NCBI RefSeq assembly: GCF_038025025.1
Contig: NW_027117339.1
Coordinates: 1,426,001 to 1,490,000, forward strand
Direction: 5' to 3'
DNA length: 64,000 nucleotides
Source: Phyllosticta citribraziliensis
Lineage: Eukaryota
The translations under genes and the position numbers were made by a program. A model generated the notes under the pieces. It made no database searches. It saw nothing but the letters and a program-made list of their open reading frames with translations, and was not told the origin of the DNA. Shown here in pieces: positions 12,174 to 27,674 of this stretch (the stretch's first letter is position 1; the number at the start of each line of letters is the position of its first letter).

Positions 12174-12987
12174 ATGATGCTTGCTTCCAAACGGCTTGCC
12201 AAGGTCAGTCGCCCTCTCTCCTCATCCTGCTGTCTCTCCCCTAACACCCAATCCAGGAGCTCACCAAAGTACGTCCACTTGCTCAACTTCCAGCGCGTTG
12301 CTGCCTACTACAATGCGAACCAAGCTTCAACGCTGCAACTACATGACCGACTCTCTTGCTTCCATATGAAGCCGTCGAGGGAAACAGACATACCAGCCAC
12401 ACAACACCAAGTTGCCGGCTCATGCCGCTGGAGTCTTGACCTGAGCTGACTTTCGAAATCGCGCAGATCCAAGAAGGTCTGCCCCCCGGCATCTCACTCG
12501 TCGAAGCAGAGAACTTTCAAGAATGGCTCATGGACATTGCCGTGCTGGATTCGAGCCACCCCATCTACGCCGGCCAGACCTATCGCCTCAAGTTCCGCTT
12601 CAGCAATCAATACCCCATCGGTAGGCCACGCTCTCTCTGCCCACACAAAGCCGACCCCCAAACCCGCAGACGCCGGGACGTGAAAGCTGACCGCAAGCCC
12701 TACGACCAACAGAAGCTCCCGAAGTCGTCTTCTCTCGTGTCCCCTCCCTCTCAATCGACATTCCGCTACACCCGCACATCTACAGCAACGGCATCATCTG
12801 CCTCGACCTGCTCGACAAGCAGGGCTGGTCGCCCGTGCACAACGTGCAGAGCGTGTGCATGAGCCTGCAGAGCATGCTGGCCGGCAACACGCTGGCCGAG
12901 CGGCCGCCCGGCGACGACGACTTTGTGCGCCGCAACACGCAGCGTCCGCGTGACATCAACTTCTACTTCCATGACGACAAGGTGTGA
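12174..12987 (+). CDS. Ubiquitin-conjugating enzyme E2, UBE2W-like
   Basis: Exons MMLASKRLAK | ELTK (12-nt microexon 12257-12268) | IQEGLPPG...YRLKFRFSNQYPI | EAPEVVF...HPHIYSNGIICLDLL...WSPVHNVQSVCMSLQSML...FYFHDDKV. Introns 12204-12256, 12269-12466, 12621-12712. Confidence 0.92.
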
Positions 12988-14124
12988 ATGCTCGACGATC
13001 GAGTGTAAGGGGGATGGATATACAGAAGCATCGTTGTTCGAGATCTTTCAAAAAAACGGCTGGGCACGATGTGTGCGTGCTTGCGAGCGAGCGAGCGAGC
13101 GTCCTCAGCGGAAACTGGCCGAGCTGTGGTCGTGTCAAGATTATCAAACATTGGTTGGCGTTGGGCTGCTCTTATTTTGGTGGGCTTATATCTACCCCGG
13201 GGCAACAGACGACTTTGGACCCGGTTGAGAACTGGAAGCCGTGCGGGCTTAATCGCCAGAATAACTAGTACCTCACGAGGACTTGTAAGGGTAGCTTGTA
13301 CTCGTAAGGGTAGCTTGTTTATTCTGTGCTCCTTTATTTCTGTTCTCGGCCACCCTCCCCCTCACCCCTTGTGTTCTCCTCCAGTTCAGATGTCTCATCT
13401 TTCTGTGTTAACTCTCGGCGCGGTGTATGGCTTTCATAGACTTATGAGAAGAATACTGTATTAAAGCACTGGTTTGCTTTCTCAGTTCATTATTCCTGCT
13501 CCTCTCCTTCCGCTTTTAATGACAGCTCTGCGTGGATGTGATCGCCGCCCCCGAAAGCTTCCATATCTTGCGTCTCGTCAGCGGTGTCATGTTGGAGTGT
13601 CGAGAAAAATAAGCAGACTCAAGCGACTGCAACGAGGAAAGATCGAAGAAGGGATTGCTCATTCATGATGATGGTATTGTGGAAATGCGAGGCCGAAAAG
13701 AAAGTGATCCAGGGCTACGGTAGTATCGAGAGGTGGAGATGCTGCAGCACCGCATATTGTGTGCTTGAATACAAACGCCCAACGAGCCCGATGCATATTC
13801 AAAGCATGCGTAAACTTGACATGGAGCGTTGAGCTCACGGACACAGAGAGAGGCTTTGTACTCAGCTTTTGAGCAATCACTCGCACATGGACATGCACTC
13901 CTGGCCCCTACTTGAGCAATTTCAACCATTACGTCGGCCAAACCCATTAACACTACCCTTTTCAGAACCATGCTGAGACGGGCCGATTACTTTCAAACGG
14001 ACAATCACTCGTCACCCTCGTCCTCACCTGCTCTCGCGTCTCTCACGCGCCACCATTTACCAGTCAGCCTTCAACTCTAACAAAACCACATCATCACCAT
14101 CATCTCCCTCCAAACTCCGTAACC

Positions 14125-14964
14125 ATGTCACCATCTGCCTCAGCCCCAGCCCCAGCACCACCACAACAACAATCAGACATCGCAGCGCACAAGTCCGACA
14201 TCCGCGCGCGAATCTGGCAGCAGCTCCGCGCCGTCGCATACCCAGACTCGCGCTTCGACTTCGACTTCTCCAGCTTCATCGCCGACTTCGCCGGGTCCGA
14301 CGGCGCGACGGCGCGGCTGGCGGCGCTCCCCGCGTACCGCGACGCGAGCGTCGTCTTCATCGCGCCCGACAACTGCCTGGAGCAGCTGCGGCGCGACGCG
14401 CTGCGCGACGGCAAGACGGTGCTGGTGACGACGTACGGCATCAGGCGGGGGTTCTGGCTGCTGGACCCGCGCACCATGCCCGCTGCTGGGCTGAGCGTCG
14501 AGTACGCGGCGACGCTCGACGGCATGGAGCGCGCGGGGCGAGCCGTCGCGCTGTCGTCCGTCGCGCGGCTGCGCGTCGACCTGCTCGTCACGGGCACCGG
14601 CGCCATCAACACCGCCGGCGTGCGCTTCGGCAAGGGCCACGGCTACTTCGACCTGGAGTGGGCGCTGCTGTACAGCGTGGGCGCCGTGGACGCGGCGACG
14701 CCGGCCGTCGCGCTCGTGCACGACTGCCAGGTCGTGCCCGACGACGTGACGCTCGTCCCGGACGAGTTTGATACCGTTGTCGACTTTGTCGTTACGCCGT
14801 CGACGGTCGTCGAGGTGGAGGACCCACAGAAGCCCGTCGTCGGTATCCTGTGGGAGAGGTTGAGGGAGGGCATGGTGGAGGGGATTCCGCCGCTGCGAGA
14901 GTTGAGGGCGTTGATGGAGGAGCAGGGGTGCGAGACGAGTGTGGAGTTGAGAGGGCGCCGGTGA
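14125..14964 (+). CDS. 5-formyltetrahydrofolate cyclo-ligase family protein (MTHFSD-like)
   Basis: Intronless 279-aa ORF with motifs IADFAGS, VFIAPDN, DLLVTGTGAI, GVRFGKGHGYFDLEW, VHDCQV and FDTVVDFVVTP. Confidence 0.85.
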   Translation: MSPSASAPAPAPPQQQSDIAAHKSDIRARIWQQLRAVAYPDSRFDFDFSSFIADFAGSDGATARLAALPAYRDASVVFIAPDNCLEQLRRDALRDGKTVLVTTYGIRRGFWLLDPRTMPAAGLSVEYAATLDGMERAGRAVALSSVARLRVDLLVTGTGAINTAGVRFGKGHGYFDLEWALLYSVGAVDAATPAVALVHDCQVVPDDVTLVPDEFDTVVDFVVTPSTVVEVEDPQKPVVGILWERLREGMVEGIPPLRELRALMEEQGCETSVELRGRR

Positions 14965-15739
14965 GGGCATGGACGACGGCCATCTTGTCTATCATGCCAG
15001 TAGGACGAAGAGCTAGGACTTCGATCGACGCAGCCAGAAAGAGTGATAAAAGAGTAACAAAAGCCCAGGAAAGATTATTGAAAAGGTAGACGGTCGAGAA
15101 ATGCTGACCAGACAAATGCATCTGGCCGCCATCATTTGGCATTGCATAATTTTGGCAAGCTGCGGTATCTAGTTTGTACAGGAGACACGGGCATGGACCG
15201 TCCAAGAGCGCGCCCTCACGAATCACCATTCAACGTCAGGGATCAAAGGGCGCGTGGATGGAAGGTCACCCCGTCTGGATTGATTCTTCCTTACCGCCGT
15301 CATCATGAACTTGAGGACTTTTTTTTCTTTTTCATCGCCGTCTTCCGCTCTCCTCCTTGATGTGTGCTGGAACAAGGCAACAGGCCGAGGGCCGCCTGTC
15401 TTTGCCATGCGCATGTAAAACAGAAGCCGTCGAAAAGTCATTACCGTGGTTGAGGCGCTGTCGTCTCTCTCCTCAAGTGCCCCGTTGGAGAATGCGCCCA
15501 TCCAATGCAGGTTTTCCGCCCCGTTTTGTTTCGATCGAGGAAATCAAAAGGAAAAAATTAGGTGCAGTCAGTGAAGCAGAAAGGGACGTTCATGCGCGTT
15601 GGAAAGAGAAAGCGGGACGATGCTAGGCCATAGGGCGCCGGGCCCAAAACAGACCCCCGTGAACTTGTTGACGGGAGGAGCAGGCGGTCGGGCAAGATGC
15701 GCAGTAGTGAGCACTGAAACGACGTCTGGGGATCGAGAA

Positions 15740-18700
15740 CTAATTGAGGAACCCCTTGCAATTGACTGATCCACAGAGACATGGGATGCGGTCATCGCTG
15801 CCGAGTTCACGTTCGAACTTGTAGTCGTACGTAAGTTCCTCGTCTGCAGATCAGTTAGCATCATGAATCTCCACCCGAAAGATTAGATACGTACTCATTT
15901 TGATATCCCTCAGAGCGTAGATGACGATCCGCTTCGTGCCATCCACCTTGATAATTTTTGCCGTGCAGTTGGGCGTGCAGCTGTGGTTGATGAATCTCGC
16001 GATACCACCCTTTTTGGTGGCATCGATGACCGTGTCCTCGTCAATACGGAAGAGGTAGCTGCTGCCAACACCTTGCTTGTCGTACTTGTATTCTCTAATG
16101 TCGGCAACCTTTTGCCGTACCTTTTCACCCACGTACTCAATGATCATATCATTGGCAGATATGTCTTCCTGCGCGTAAAGGCCCCAGTTGTGAATGGCAG
16201 ACCGATCAAACTTGACCAGCTTTTTGCGCTTCTTCAGTTGGTTGAAGCGTATGGAGATTTGGTCACCATCGGAGGACAGGGCTTGCTTTTGTGTGCTGAT
16301 CTCGTTTACCAGGCGGCGGTTGTTGACGCGAGTCGACCGCGAGTTTGTCACAGGGGCCGGCTTGCTTGCTGCTGCTGCCTTGGCCATCATCGCAGCAGCT
16401 GCAGCAGGATTGCTCTTGGCCAGTGCTTCGCGTTCTTCGCGAGCCTTCTGCACGCGGATTCGATGAGGTAGATACTTTGACTTTTCTGCTTCCAGAATCT
16501 TCTTGACACCTTCTGTCCTTGCGCAACCGGTTGGGTTGGGCTTGTAGTAATCTTCAATCTTGACTTCCTTGTAGGAGATGCCTTCGAAGCCGGTGTTGAG
16601 CTTCTTGACGAGTTTCTCCTTGTAGGCAAAGTGGTTGATATCACTTAGTGAAGATTGTCGGACATTTTCTAGGGCCACCGCAAGGAACTTGAGATCTTCC
16701 GCATCCTTGATTGTGTGCTGGCATCCGTCAATGTCAAATACATAGTCCAGCTTCTCCTCAATCGTGGGTCGCGGGTAGTCGATGGATACACCCCAAACTG
16801 GGTCGTGAGGAAGCTCGTCAAGGACAAGACCTGGCTTCTGGGGCTGTTCAACAATCTCCAATTCATCAGCCGCAACGTCTTCGATCTCCGTTTTGAGAGG
16901 TGAGGGCTTGACTTCATCCTCCAGTTGCTGTTTCTTGGTGCCCTTCTTCTTTGACTTGGCGGGCTTCTTCTTCGCAAGCTGAGCCTCTGGTTCTGGCGTC
17001 TCCACGACAGCCTCCTCGTCAAACTGGTCAGGCGTTGTTGCTGCCTCGGTTGATGGAAGCACGCTGCCGGCTCTAGATTCTTCTTCATCTTCGGCAAACA
17101 TGGCATCGGCCTCGCGGATGATTTTGCGATATTTGAGCTCCTTTTTGCAACGCTTGAAGATTTCTGACGTGTGAGGGAATGCGTGAACGACTTGGTCGAG
17201 CTCGCCATCCGCCATCTCACCAGGGTCTTTGTTGACAAGGTGAGGAAACAGTTTGCGGGCTTGCGCATCAGAGTCGTCGCTCCACAAAGGCTCAAGCTTC
17301 CGACGCTTGGATGGCCGCAGCTGAATGATATCGTCTTCATCCTCTGGAGCCACAGAAGACAGCCGGCTGATGGATCTGCTCTCCTGTTCTTCAGTGTCCT
17401 TGGTGAATGTGCTTTGTTCGTCATCAGAATCCTCGTCCTCGAAACTCTGCATTTGACGATGCAAGTTCCTAAAGGCAGCGTGACCAGGCCTTTTCGGTGG
17501 CGGTTTTCTGCGTCGTTCATCGGCAAAAGCATTAACCTCTTGGCCCTTGCGACTCCGGGGACTGTGACCGAAGTTTTGTGCTAGACTCTTGCGCAATGAT
17601 TTGTTCTTCCCAAACTTCTTGTTGGGGACAAAGTTGTCCACGGCGCTGAAAATCATTGCCGGAGCCTTTGTCTCGGCCGTCGTAGGTTCCCGAACGCCCA
17701 TCTCCTTTCTCTTTTGAGTATGACGAGCCGGGTCGAGGAAGTCGTAGATCGCATGAGCAGCAATCCTAGCCTTGATGTCGCTCATTACTTGCTCCACAAG
17801 CTCCGTCTCCAGCTTCTCGCGTGCGGCCCTGACTGGATCCAAATTATCCGCACGCTCCTTTTTCTCCTCCTCGAGATCCATCTCTTCCTCCCTCCAAATT
17901 TCCTCTTCGATCTCTTTCTGGCGCTTCTCCGCCTGTACGCGCTCCGGGCTGGGACTGCGGACGTAGTTTGGATTGCCGTATTTGTTGCACTCCATGTTCA
18001 TGACGTACGTGAACAGTGCCTGCATGTTGCACTCGAGATAGCAGCGGTGGCACTCGTCCTGTCCACGCTTGGAGTGGTCGAATATTATGTAGTAGCCTGT
18101 CCTATCCAGGCGCACCTCCGACCAGGCGTACATTTTTAATCTCTTCTTCAGATGGGGTATCGTTGTGCCCAAAACAGGGACGTAGCAATGAGCAATGAAA
18201 ATGTATGGCTTTCGTTTGAGCGAATCGACGATGGGCTCCTTTTCGACCAGAGCATGCTCGGGTCGAATCGGTTTTTGAGCCATTACCGGATAAGCTGCTG
18301 CAAAGGGTGGCCGCGTGCCTTTGCCTGAAGGTCCCTTGGGTGCGTTAGGCGGCGGTTCGGACGACGGAACCACCACTGGAGTGCTGGGCGTTGCAGATGA
18401 GGCCTTCTTCGCTGTGGCCGCCTCTTCCTTTTGCTGTCGTGCCCGAGTACGCTGGACAACACCATCAACCATGCGCTTGCAACGGCGCCCTTCGCGGTCT
18501 AGCTCAACCTTGATTTGGCGAAGCTGAATTCTTTGGCCGTTTCCTTGCTCCACTGCAGACTTGGCTGAAGCGGCTGCAGGGACTGCTTGTCCTCGCAGCG
18601 GCTTGCTATCCCTGTAACGAATAGAACATATGCCGAGGAAGCTCCCCGTGGCGGGATCAATCTTGTTGTCGAACTCTGCGATCTCTCCGTAGCTGCCAAA

Positions 18701-19719
18701 AAACGTGCGGATTTGCGTTTCTGGCGTGAAAGGATCGAGGCCGGTTACAAGAATCCGCGTTGACGGACCAGGGCCGACTGTGTTCTTGTCGGTAGCATAC
18801 GGTTTGAGGGTATATGGCGCAAGCCTGAGCTTGGCCTTATTCACCGCCCGCGTAGCATTGTGGGCTCCGGTCGTGTACCCGGCTATGGCCAGACGAGGAT
18901 CTGGTGGCGCCGCGAGGTCCTACTCAATCAATAGCATTAGCCAGGTACACGACCAGAGATATTCCACAATTATATTATGCAAGTGTGCGGGAACAAAGCA
19001 ACCGGACGTACATCTCGAGGTATTGGTCGGTAAGCCGCCTTGCGCTTGTGTTTATCCTCTTTGGAGAGCTTTGGGTCGAGTTGAGGGTCGTAGACGGTCG
19101 TGAAACCTTTGTCTTCGCCAGGGCCAGGCCTCGCTTGTCTCCGGAATTGGGGAGGTGTGGTTGCCGGCGTGATCGCTTCGGTTGTGGCAGGATCCTGCGA
19201 GGGAGCCGGCGGCGGCGCGCTCAATGCGGAGACGTGCGTCGAAGACATTGGCTCGAATGAGCTCTTCGGAGGTCTAGGACTACTTGACTTTTCCGGAGGC
19301 GAGGATTCGGTGTTTGTAAGAGGTGTCAGGGCGTGGATGGAAGAATTCGTCCCTGGATATGACATGGTCTGCCGACTGGTGTTGTGGGAGCTGAAGACTG
19401 AGGAGGCGGCACTGGAAAGTGAACTTGCCGAGCCGACGCCAATCAGTGGGTCGCCAGAATCAGTTTGTTGCGATCCCTCATCGTCTTCTTGAAGTTGTTG
19501 GTGTTGGTACCTCTTGGCACCTGCGCTTTCGTTCTTGTGCCGCCCAGCCGGGGAAAGGCTGCTGGCGCTTTCGTCTGCGTCTAGTCGGGAGGGGAATCGC
19601 GAGGGATCCGTCTCTCCGTCTGCCTGGTGAGAATCTGGGGAAGACTTCTTGCGCTTGTGCTTCAAAACCGAAGGCGCATTAGGGAAGAAGTCCGCAAAGC
19701 CCGCTGACGCGCGAGACAT
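15740..19719 (-). CDS. SET1: Histone H3K4 methyltransferase Set1
   Basis: Starts [13 protein letters not shown]. Contains an RRM, N-SET (GCARTEG), SET ([31 protein letters not shown]) and post-SET ([13 protein letters not shown]). Introns 19011-18920 and 15894-15844. Confidence 0.97.
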
Positions 19720-20947
19720 TTCACCACGAACCGGCCCACTGTGCAACCATCGCGATGTCGGAAGTCTTGGGTACTAGCGGGAAATAGAGATGAGGATGGG
19801 ATCCGAGGCGTGGCAGGGACAGTATGGGTTGAGCGCGAGGATTGGAGACGCGGCAAGGTGGAGCGCGAAATGCACACGAGAGGCCGATCGCTGACTCGAG
19901 GTTCCCTCGGAGGCGCTGAGCGGAGGAACAGCAGCGACAAGGACGTTTCGCACTCTTCTGAGGCACGACAGGATGCAGCAAAGAGCAGCAACGGTGAGAA
20001 GACGAGGTGGACGGTATGGAGTGTCGTGGCGGGGAGAGGTCGAACGTTTTGGCGACTAGCGGCCTGCCCCTTGGGTCAGCCAGCGCAATCTAATCCGTCT
20101 CCTCCAGCCCAAGACCTCGACCACACGACGTCCGCAACCTCGAACAACCTCGGATTCTACAAAACGCCTGTCTGCGCATCTTTCGACATGAACTCGTCTT
20201 CAAAGACATCGGTGCAGCTCGCGCGCGCTCACACTCGGCGATAATCCTCTGAATACCCTGCGCATCAAGCCTCGGCCATAAAACCCCACGCAAAGCCCGT
20301 CTACACGAGCGGCGTCGTGCTTCTGGCATCGCGGCGGACATTTGAGAGGATATTTGACATTAAGACGTGCATTGGTCTATAACAGGAAGCGCTCACGTGA
20401 ACGCTTGGTGCCGTGCGGTGCCAGCGCGGGTGCCAGTGATTCTTCCGGCTCCCAACATTCAAGGCGGGTCCGGGTGTTCAGCCGCGTACCTTGGGACTAC
20501 GACTTTAGAGTCAATGGGTCGTTTGTGGCCGTCAACTTGCCGAGCATTCTTGGACTGCTGCGTGCGACGCTAGACTTTGCGCGCAATCCTTGCCCTTTGG
20601 CTCTGGGAAGCTAGGCCCGGAATGAAACAACAAAGGACGTGTACAGTCTCAGTGAGCGACGGCAGTGTCAATGCCCCAAGGCTTCGATTTGAAGGCTAGT
20701 CATGACTAGACTCCCGTATGCCCCGTTCAAATGAGCTCCGGCGTCGTTGGATTGCACGCCGACGACAGTCTTTCTCAGAAACCCTTGAAATTCTGTAATA
20801 CCATCACTTCTTGAGTAGACATTCCATGCTCCCACTACGATGCCACCGACCACAATTATAGAGAAGCTTGCGTAGGCTCAACCATGGCAGCTTGGCCATG
20901 ACTTCCCGCATCCAAGATCATGTATTTGGTCTTTTCAATGTTGTCCT

Positions 20948-21737
<790 letters not shown>

Positions 21738-22371
21738 GATTGATGAGGTTGCAGAAGTACGAATGCAATCGGTTTGGAGGTAATGGAGAGCTGTAATTGA
21801 TGCGAGAAGTGGTAATGGCGAGGTATGAGAGAGGTGTTGAGAAGAGAACCAAACGAGGACCTGGCCCAGGTACGAATGCATGAGCCCCGCCATCCGATGA
21901 GCAAGCGGCCGCCAGCGTGGAGTGCAGGGTGCACGGACATCCAAAAATACCCTGCCTTACATTACCTTACCAATCCAACTCTCGACTGCCCTGCGCCATC
22001 ACATGCATCAATGACATCGATAGGTAGCTGTTATTAAGCTTCTTTTTCCGTGGGATCGGACGCTGATAGTAACATGCTTGAAGACTCGTCGATCATATTA
22101 CTACATCAAGTGGCCTCATCTACTAGTAGTCGCATCTACTGTGATGGCGCGTTATTTCTCCCTTTCCTCAAAAGTGCCTGGTATCTGCCTCCCCATGGTT
22201 TCCTCCACTCCAAATCCAATGCAAAAAGAGAACCGTACAATACAATCCGAATTTAGCAAAACCCATGCTGTCCGAGGGGCCCATATCCAGCTGAGCATGA
22301 CCATTCACAAACGCTTTTTCCGTACGCCTTTTCCTCTATCCTGGCCCGCCTTGGCCACCTTCGGTATATGC

Positions 22372-24656
<2,285 letters not shown>

Positions 24657-27600
24657 GGTGTTTTGTTGGAGTGGAAAACAAACGAGAGTTGTGAGAGATG
24701 TGAGTTGGGAGCTCGGGTATAATGCTTGAGAGAGAGCGGGAGGAGAGCGTGAGGAGGGCGACGGGGAAGCTTTGAGGGTGGTGTGAGAGTGGTTGGAGGG
24801 GTTGAGAGGAGTGTGGACGGTGGAAAGGTGGTCGGCGTGCGGATACTTTAATAGGGACGGATAGGCCAAACACCGCGCCCCAGCGCCCCTTGGCCCGTTT
24901 CCAGCGACGTGGAGAGTCAGGGATCACGATGCTTGTCTCCTGGGCTCCCACTCGCAGGCTGGCTTGTCAGCCACTCGCACCCTTGGGTCCCTGCGCTGGG
25001 TGCCCGCCCTCCCTTTTTCGGTTTTTTATTTTATTTTATTTTTTATTTTATTCTCGCTGCTACTCCAGTCGCTCCACCTCTAGTCGCTGAGCAGGCCGCC
25101 GCCGATGGGATGCTCTGCACATGGGTGTGTGGAGAGGGGCGCAGCACCACCGACGCTTCCAAGAATAGCCCTCGACGACGACCTGACGGCGGCGACCTAC
25201 GACCAATGGCCTCTGCATGCTGCCACGAGCATGTGCCTGAGTCTGATCGTGCATTGTCTCGCCTTGTGCCTGGTACCTATTTTCCTCGTCCTCCTTTCAA
25301 TATTCTGTACTAAACTACTGGCACGGTGCAAGAGTTCGACCGCCCCAAAAGGCCACTCTGTGCAAATCGCCAGATGGATCGCTCATCGCTCCACCACCAG
25401 CGAAGCCTCGGACGATCATCCGCCGGTCCAATAACTGCCCCAAAGATGGCAACACGTCCACCGAACGGACTTGACCGTCGCTTCGAGCGGGCCACAGAGC
25501 CAAGACGCTCCCTTTTCCTTCACCTGCCCATTGCAACACTCTGGCGCATGCATCACGAACGCCGCCCAAGGTCAGCCGCACGCGGACGCCCACACCACGG
25601 CGAATCAGCGCCGCCAGTTAAGCTTGATGGTCGCTAAGCCCTATGGCTGCTCCTCTTTGAAAGAGAAAGTACTTGCAAGCTCCAAGGGTCTCCCAGCCGT
25701 GGGGGCCGAGCGAAAACGGGCCCTGGCAATGGATCATCCCCGTCCGCTGGCCAAACGGCGTCCTATTTTCCTCTTTTTTTTTTCTTTCACTCTCTGCCTC
25801 AAGCCCCGAGCGCTTCCACCACCTAGGCGGCCATTTCCGCGGCCTCACCTCTCTCAACTCACCGAAGAGTCGCACCGCAGCGGTCACGGGAGGATGGTCG
25901 AGTTTCAGCCACCACGGCAGCCAACAAGCCCTACCTCACCGCGTTCCCCAGCCGCTCGCCGCCCGCGGGTCCTTCGCCCGCAAGGAACCTTTTCTTGCTA
26001 GTTACATGTAGCCTGGCTGAGCAACGACATGTCTTGAACCCTGAAAACAAAAAGGGACGGCAACACGTGAAAATGAAGTTTTGGGCCATCCACCAACCAG
26101 TTGTCGTCTCTTCTCGTCTGGCTTTCAATAATGAATGACGTCGCCATGCCCCAAGCCATTGGATGCTCCCGAGCAAGAGACAAAAAAGCAAACTGCGCTC
26201 CAGGCATTGTCCCGGACCCCATCGCGGTTTAGCTTTGGCCTCCCGCCCAACCCTGAAGGCTTGAACGCACGTCATTGCGTCTCACCAAGTGCCCTACTCA
26301 AGACAAGAGGGCTACACGACACGGGTCCACAAAGAAATCCTCTATTCGCATTGTGCGAGTGTGACGGAGCCCTCCCGCGCCCTGTAGCTGACAGACAGGT
26401 GGGCGTAGAGGAAGCATTCGGAACCTTGCCGTCGAAAAGCTGACAGCTTCCCCCCGTCAGTCCACCATATGCGCGCGCTCGCGCGCTTCCGGCCGCCACC
26501 CTTCGTCTGACTTCTCCACCTGTGCTCTATAGGCATTTGTGTCACACTGCTCGTCCTAAAATACGTTCAAAGGACCACATGCGTTGTGGTCGGGCGTCTC
26601 TGCGCGTTCTCGACTTGTTCTATAGCCATCGACGCCTCGCGCAGCGTGCAGGATGCAATGCATGTCGTGGCAGCAGAGGAGTACGAAGTATCGAAAGTAT
26701 TGCTCGTCATACATCAGAAGACCATCGTCATCGAGGGCCACTCCTCTGCTCCCCCCCTCTCCGTTCCCAGAAATAATATCACATCACCACCACCAGGGTC
26801 TTCATGTGGCATGGCAGGTATGTAGCGAGGTACCTACGTAGCGTGCAGTGTGCAGGCAGACAGGCTGGCAGGGCAGGCGGAGCACACATACATCGACATA
26901 CGAAGCGGGAATACGAAGGCGATCTGCGGGCGCATCTCCGAGCCATTCGTTCGCCCGCTTGTTCGATTGTTCGTTCATCGACTGCCCTCTCCCCCCCTTT
27001 TTGTGGAGGAGGAGGAAGCGAAAGAGAGGACTGCGAATGTGACGTTGGTACGCATGCATGAAGGAGCATCCGTCCGCTGCAGCGGCTACGGCGGACGCAT
27101 GTATTGAGCAATCGATGTCGGATTTGATTGTCGGTGCTTGGCTGTCTCTTCCCTCCCGCTCCTGCGTTTTGCCACAACTAGATGTCGATGGCGGTCCGTG
27201 TGTTCGTGCTCCCGCGGCTGCGTGGGTTTGGTGGCGATTGAGGGACAGCCCGCGGGCGGCTTTTCGATGGGCCTTCTAGAGCGCGCTTCCTTGGCCACGC
27301 ATGTCCCTTCATGGGCATATGATCGGCTTTTACTTTGCTAGGTGGTCTTCTGCACATTCATGGCGATCCGCGCGTGGTGAAGGTTTGGTCTGGATTCGAC
27401 TGCACTGACGGGGTAACTAGTTGAAGAATTGGCTGGCCCGCTGCTCATCATCTTGCTGGTTGACACCTGTCTTCCTTGTCTACGAACTGTTCTAATCCTC
27501 CCATTCTATCCCAGCAATTAGTCTTGTAAGGAACCATGGTCCTTTTGCCAACCAACGTGCGCACGGTGTGCTGTTAGCCATCAACCAGTCCTGAGCATCC

Positions 27601-27674
27601 GAACTCCATCTTGAAAAAAGATCCGTCGTCGAGGGGTCTGAAATGACCCGTGGTACCCATCCTGGTCCCTGGAG

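Noticed and set aside
13285..13318. 15-bp direct repeat GTAAGGGTAGCTTGT x2 (and GGGGTATCGT repeats near 29362)
   Set aside because: Only 2-3 copies with no spacer array or element ends; likely local slippage, not CRISPR-like.
14173..14970. 265-aa antisense ORF
   Set aside because: Shadow of the GC-rich cyclo-ligase gene.
24700..27600. 3-kb region upstream of GFA1 with many short ORFs
   Set aside because: No coding signatures; consistent with a long regulatory intergenic region. No exact Rlm1 site found.
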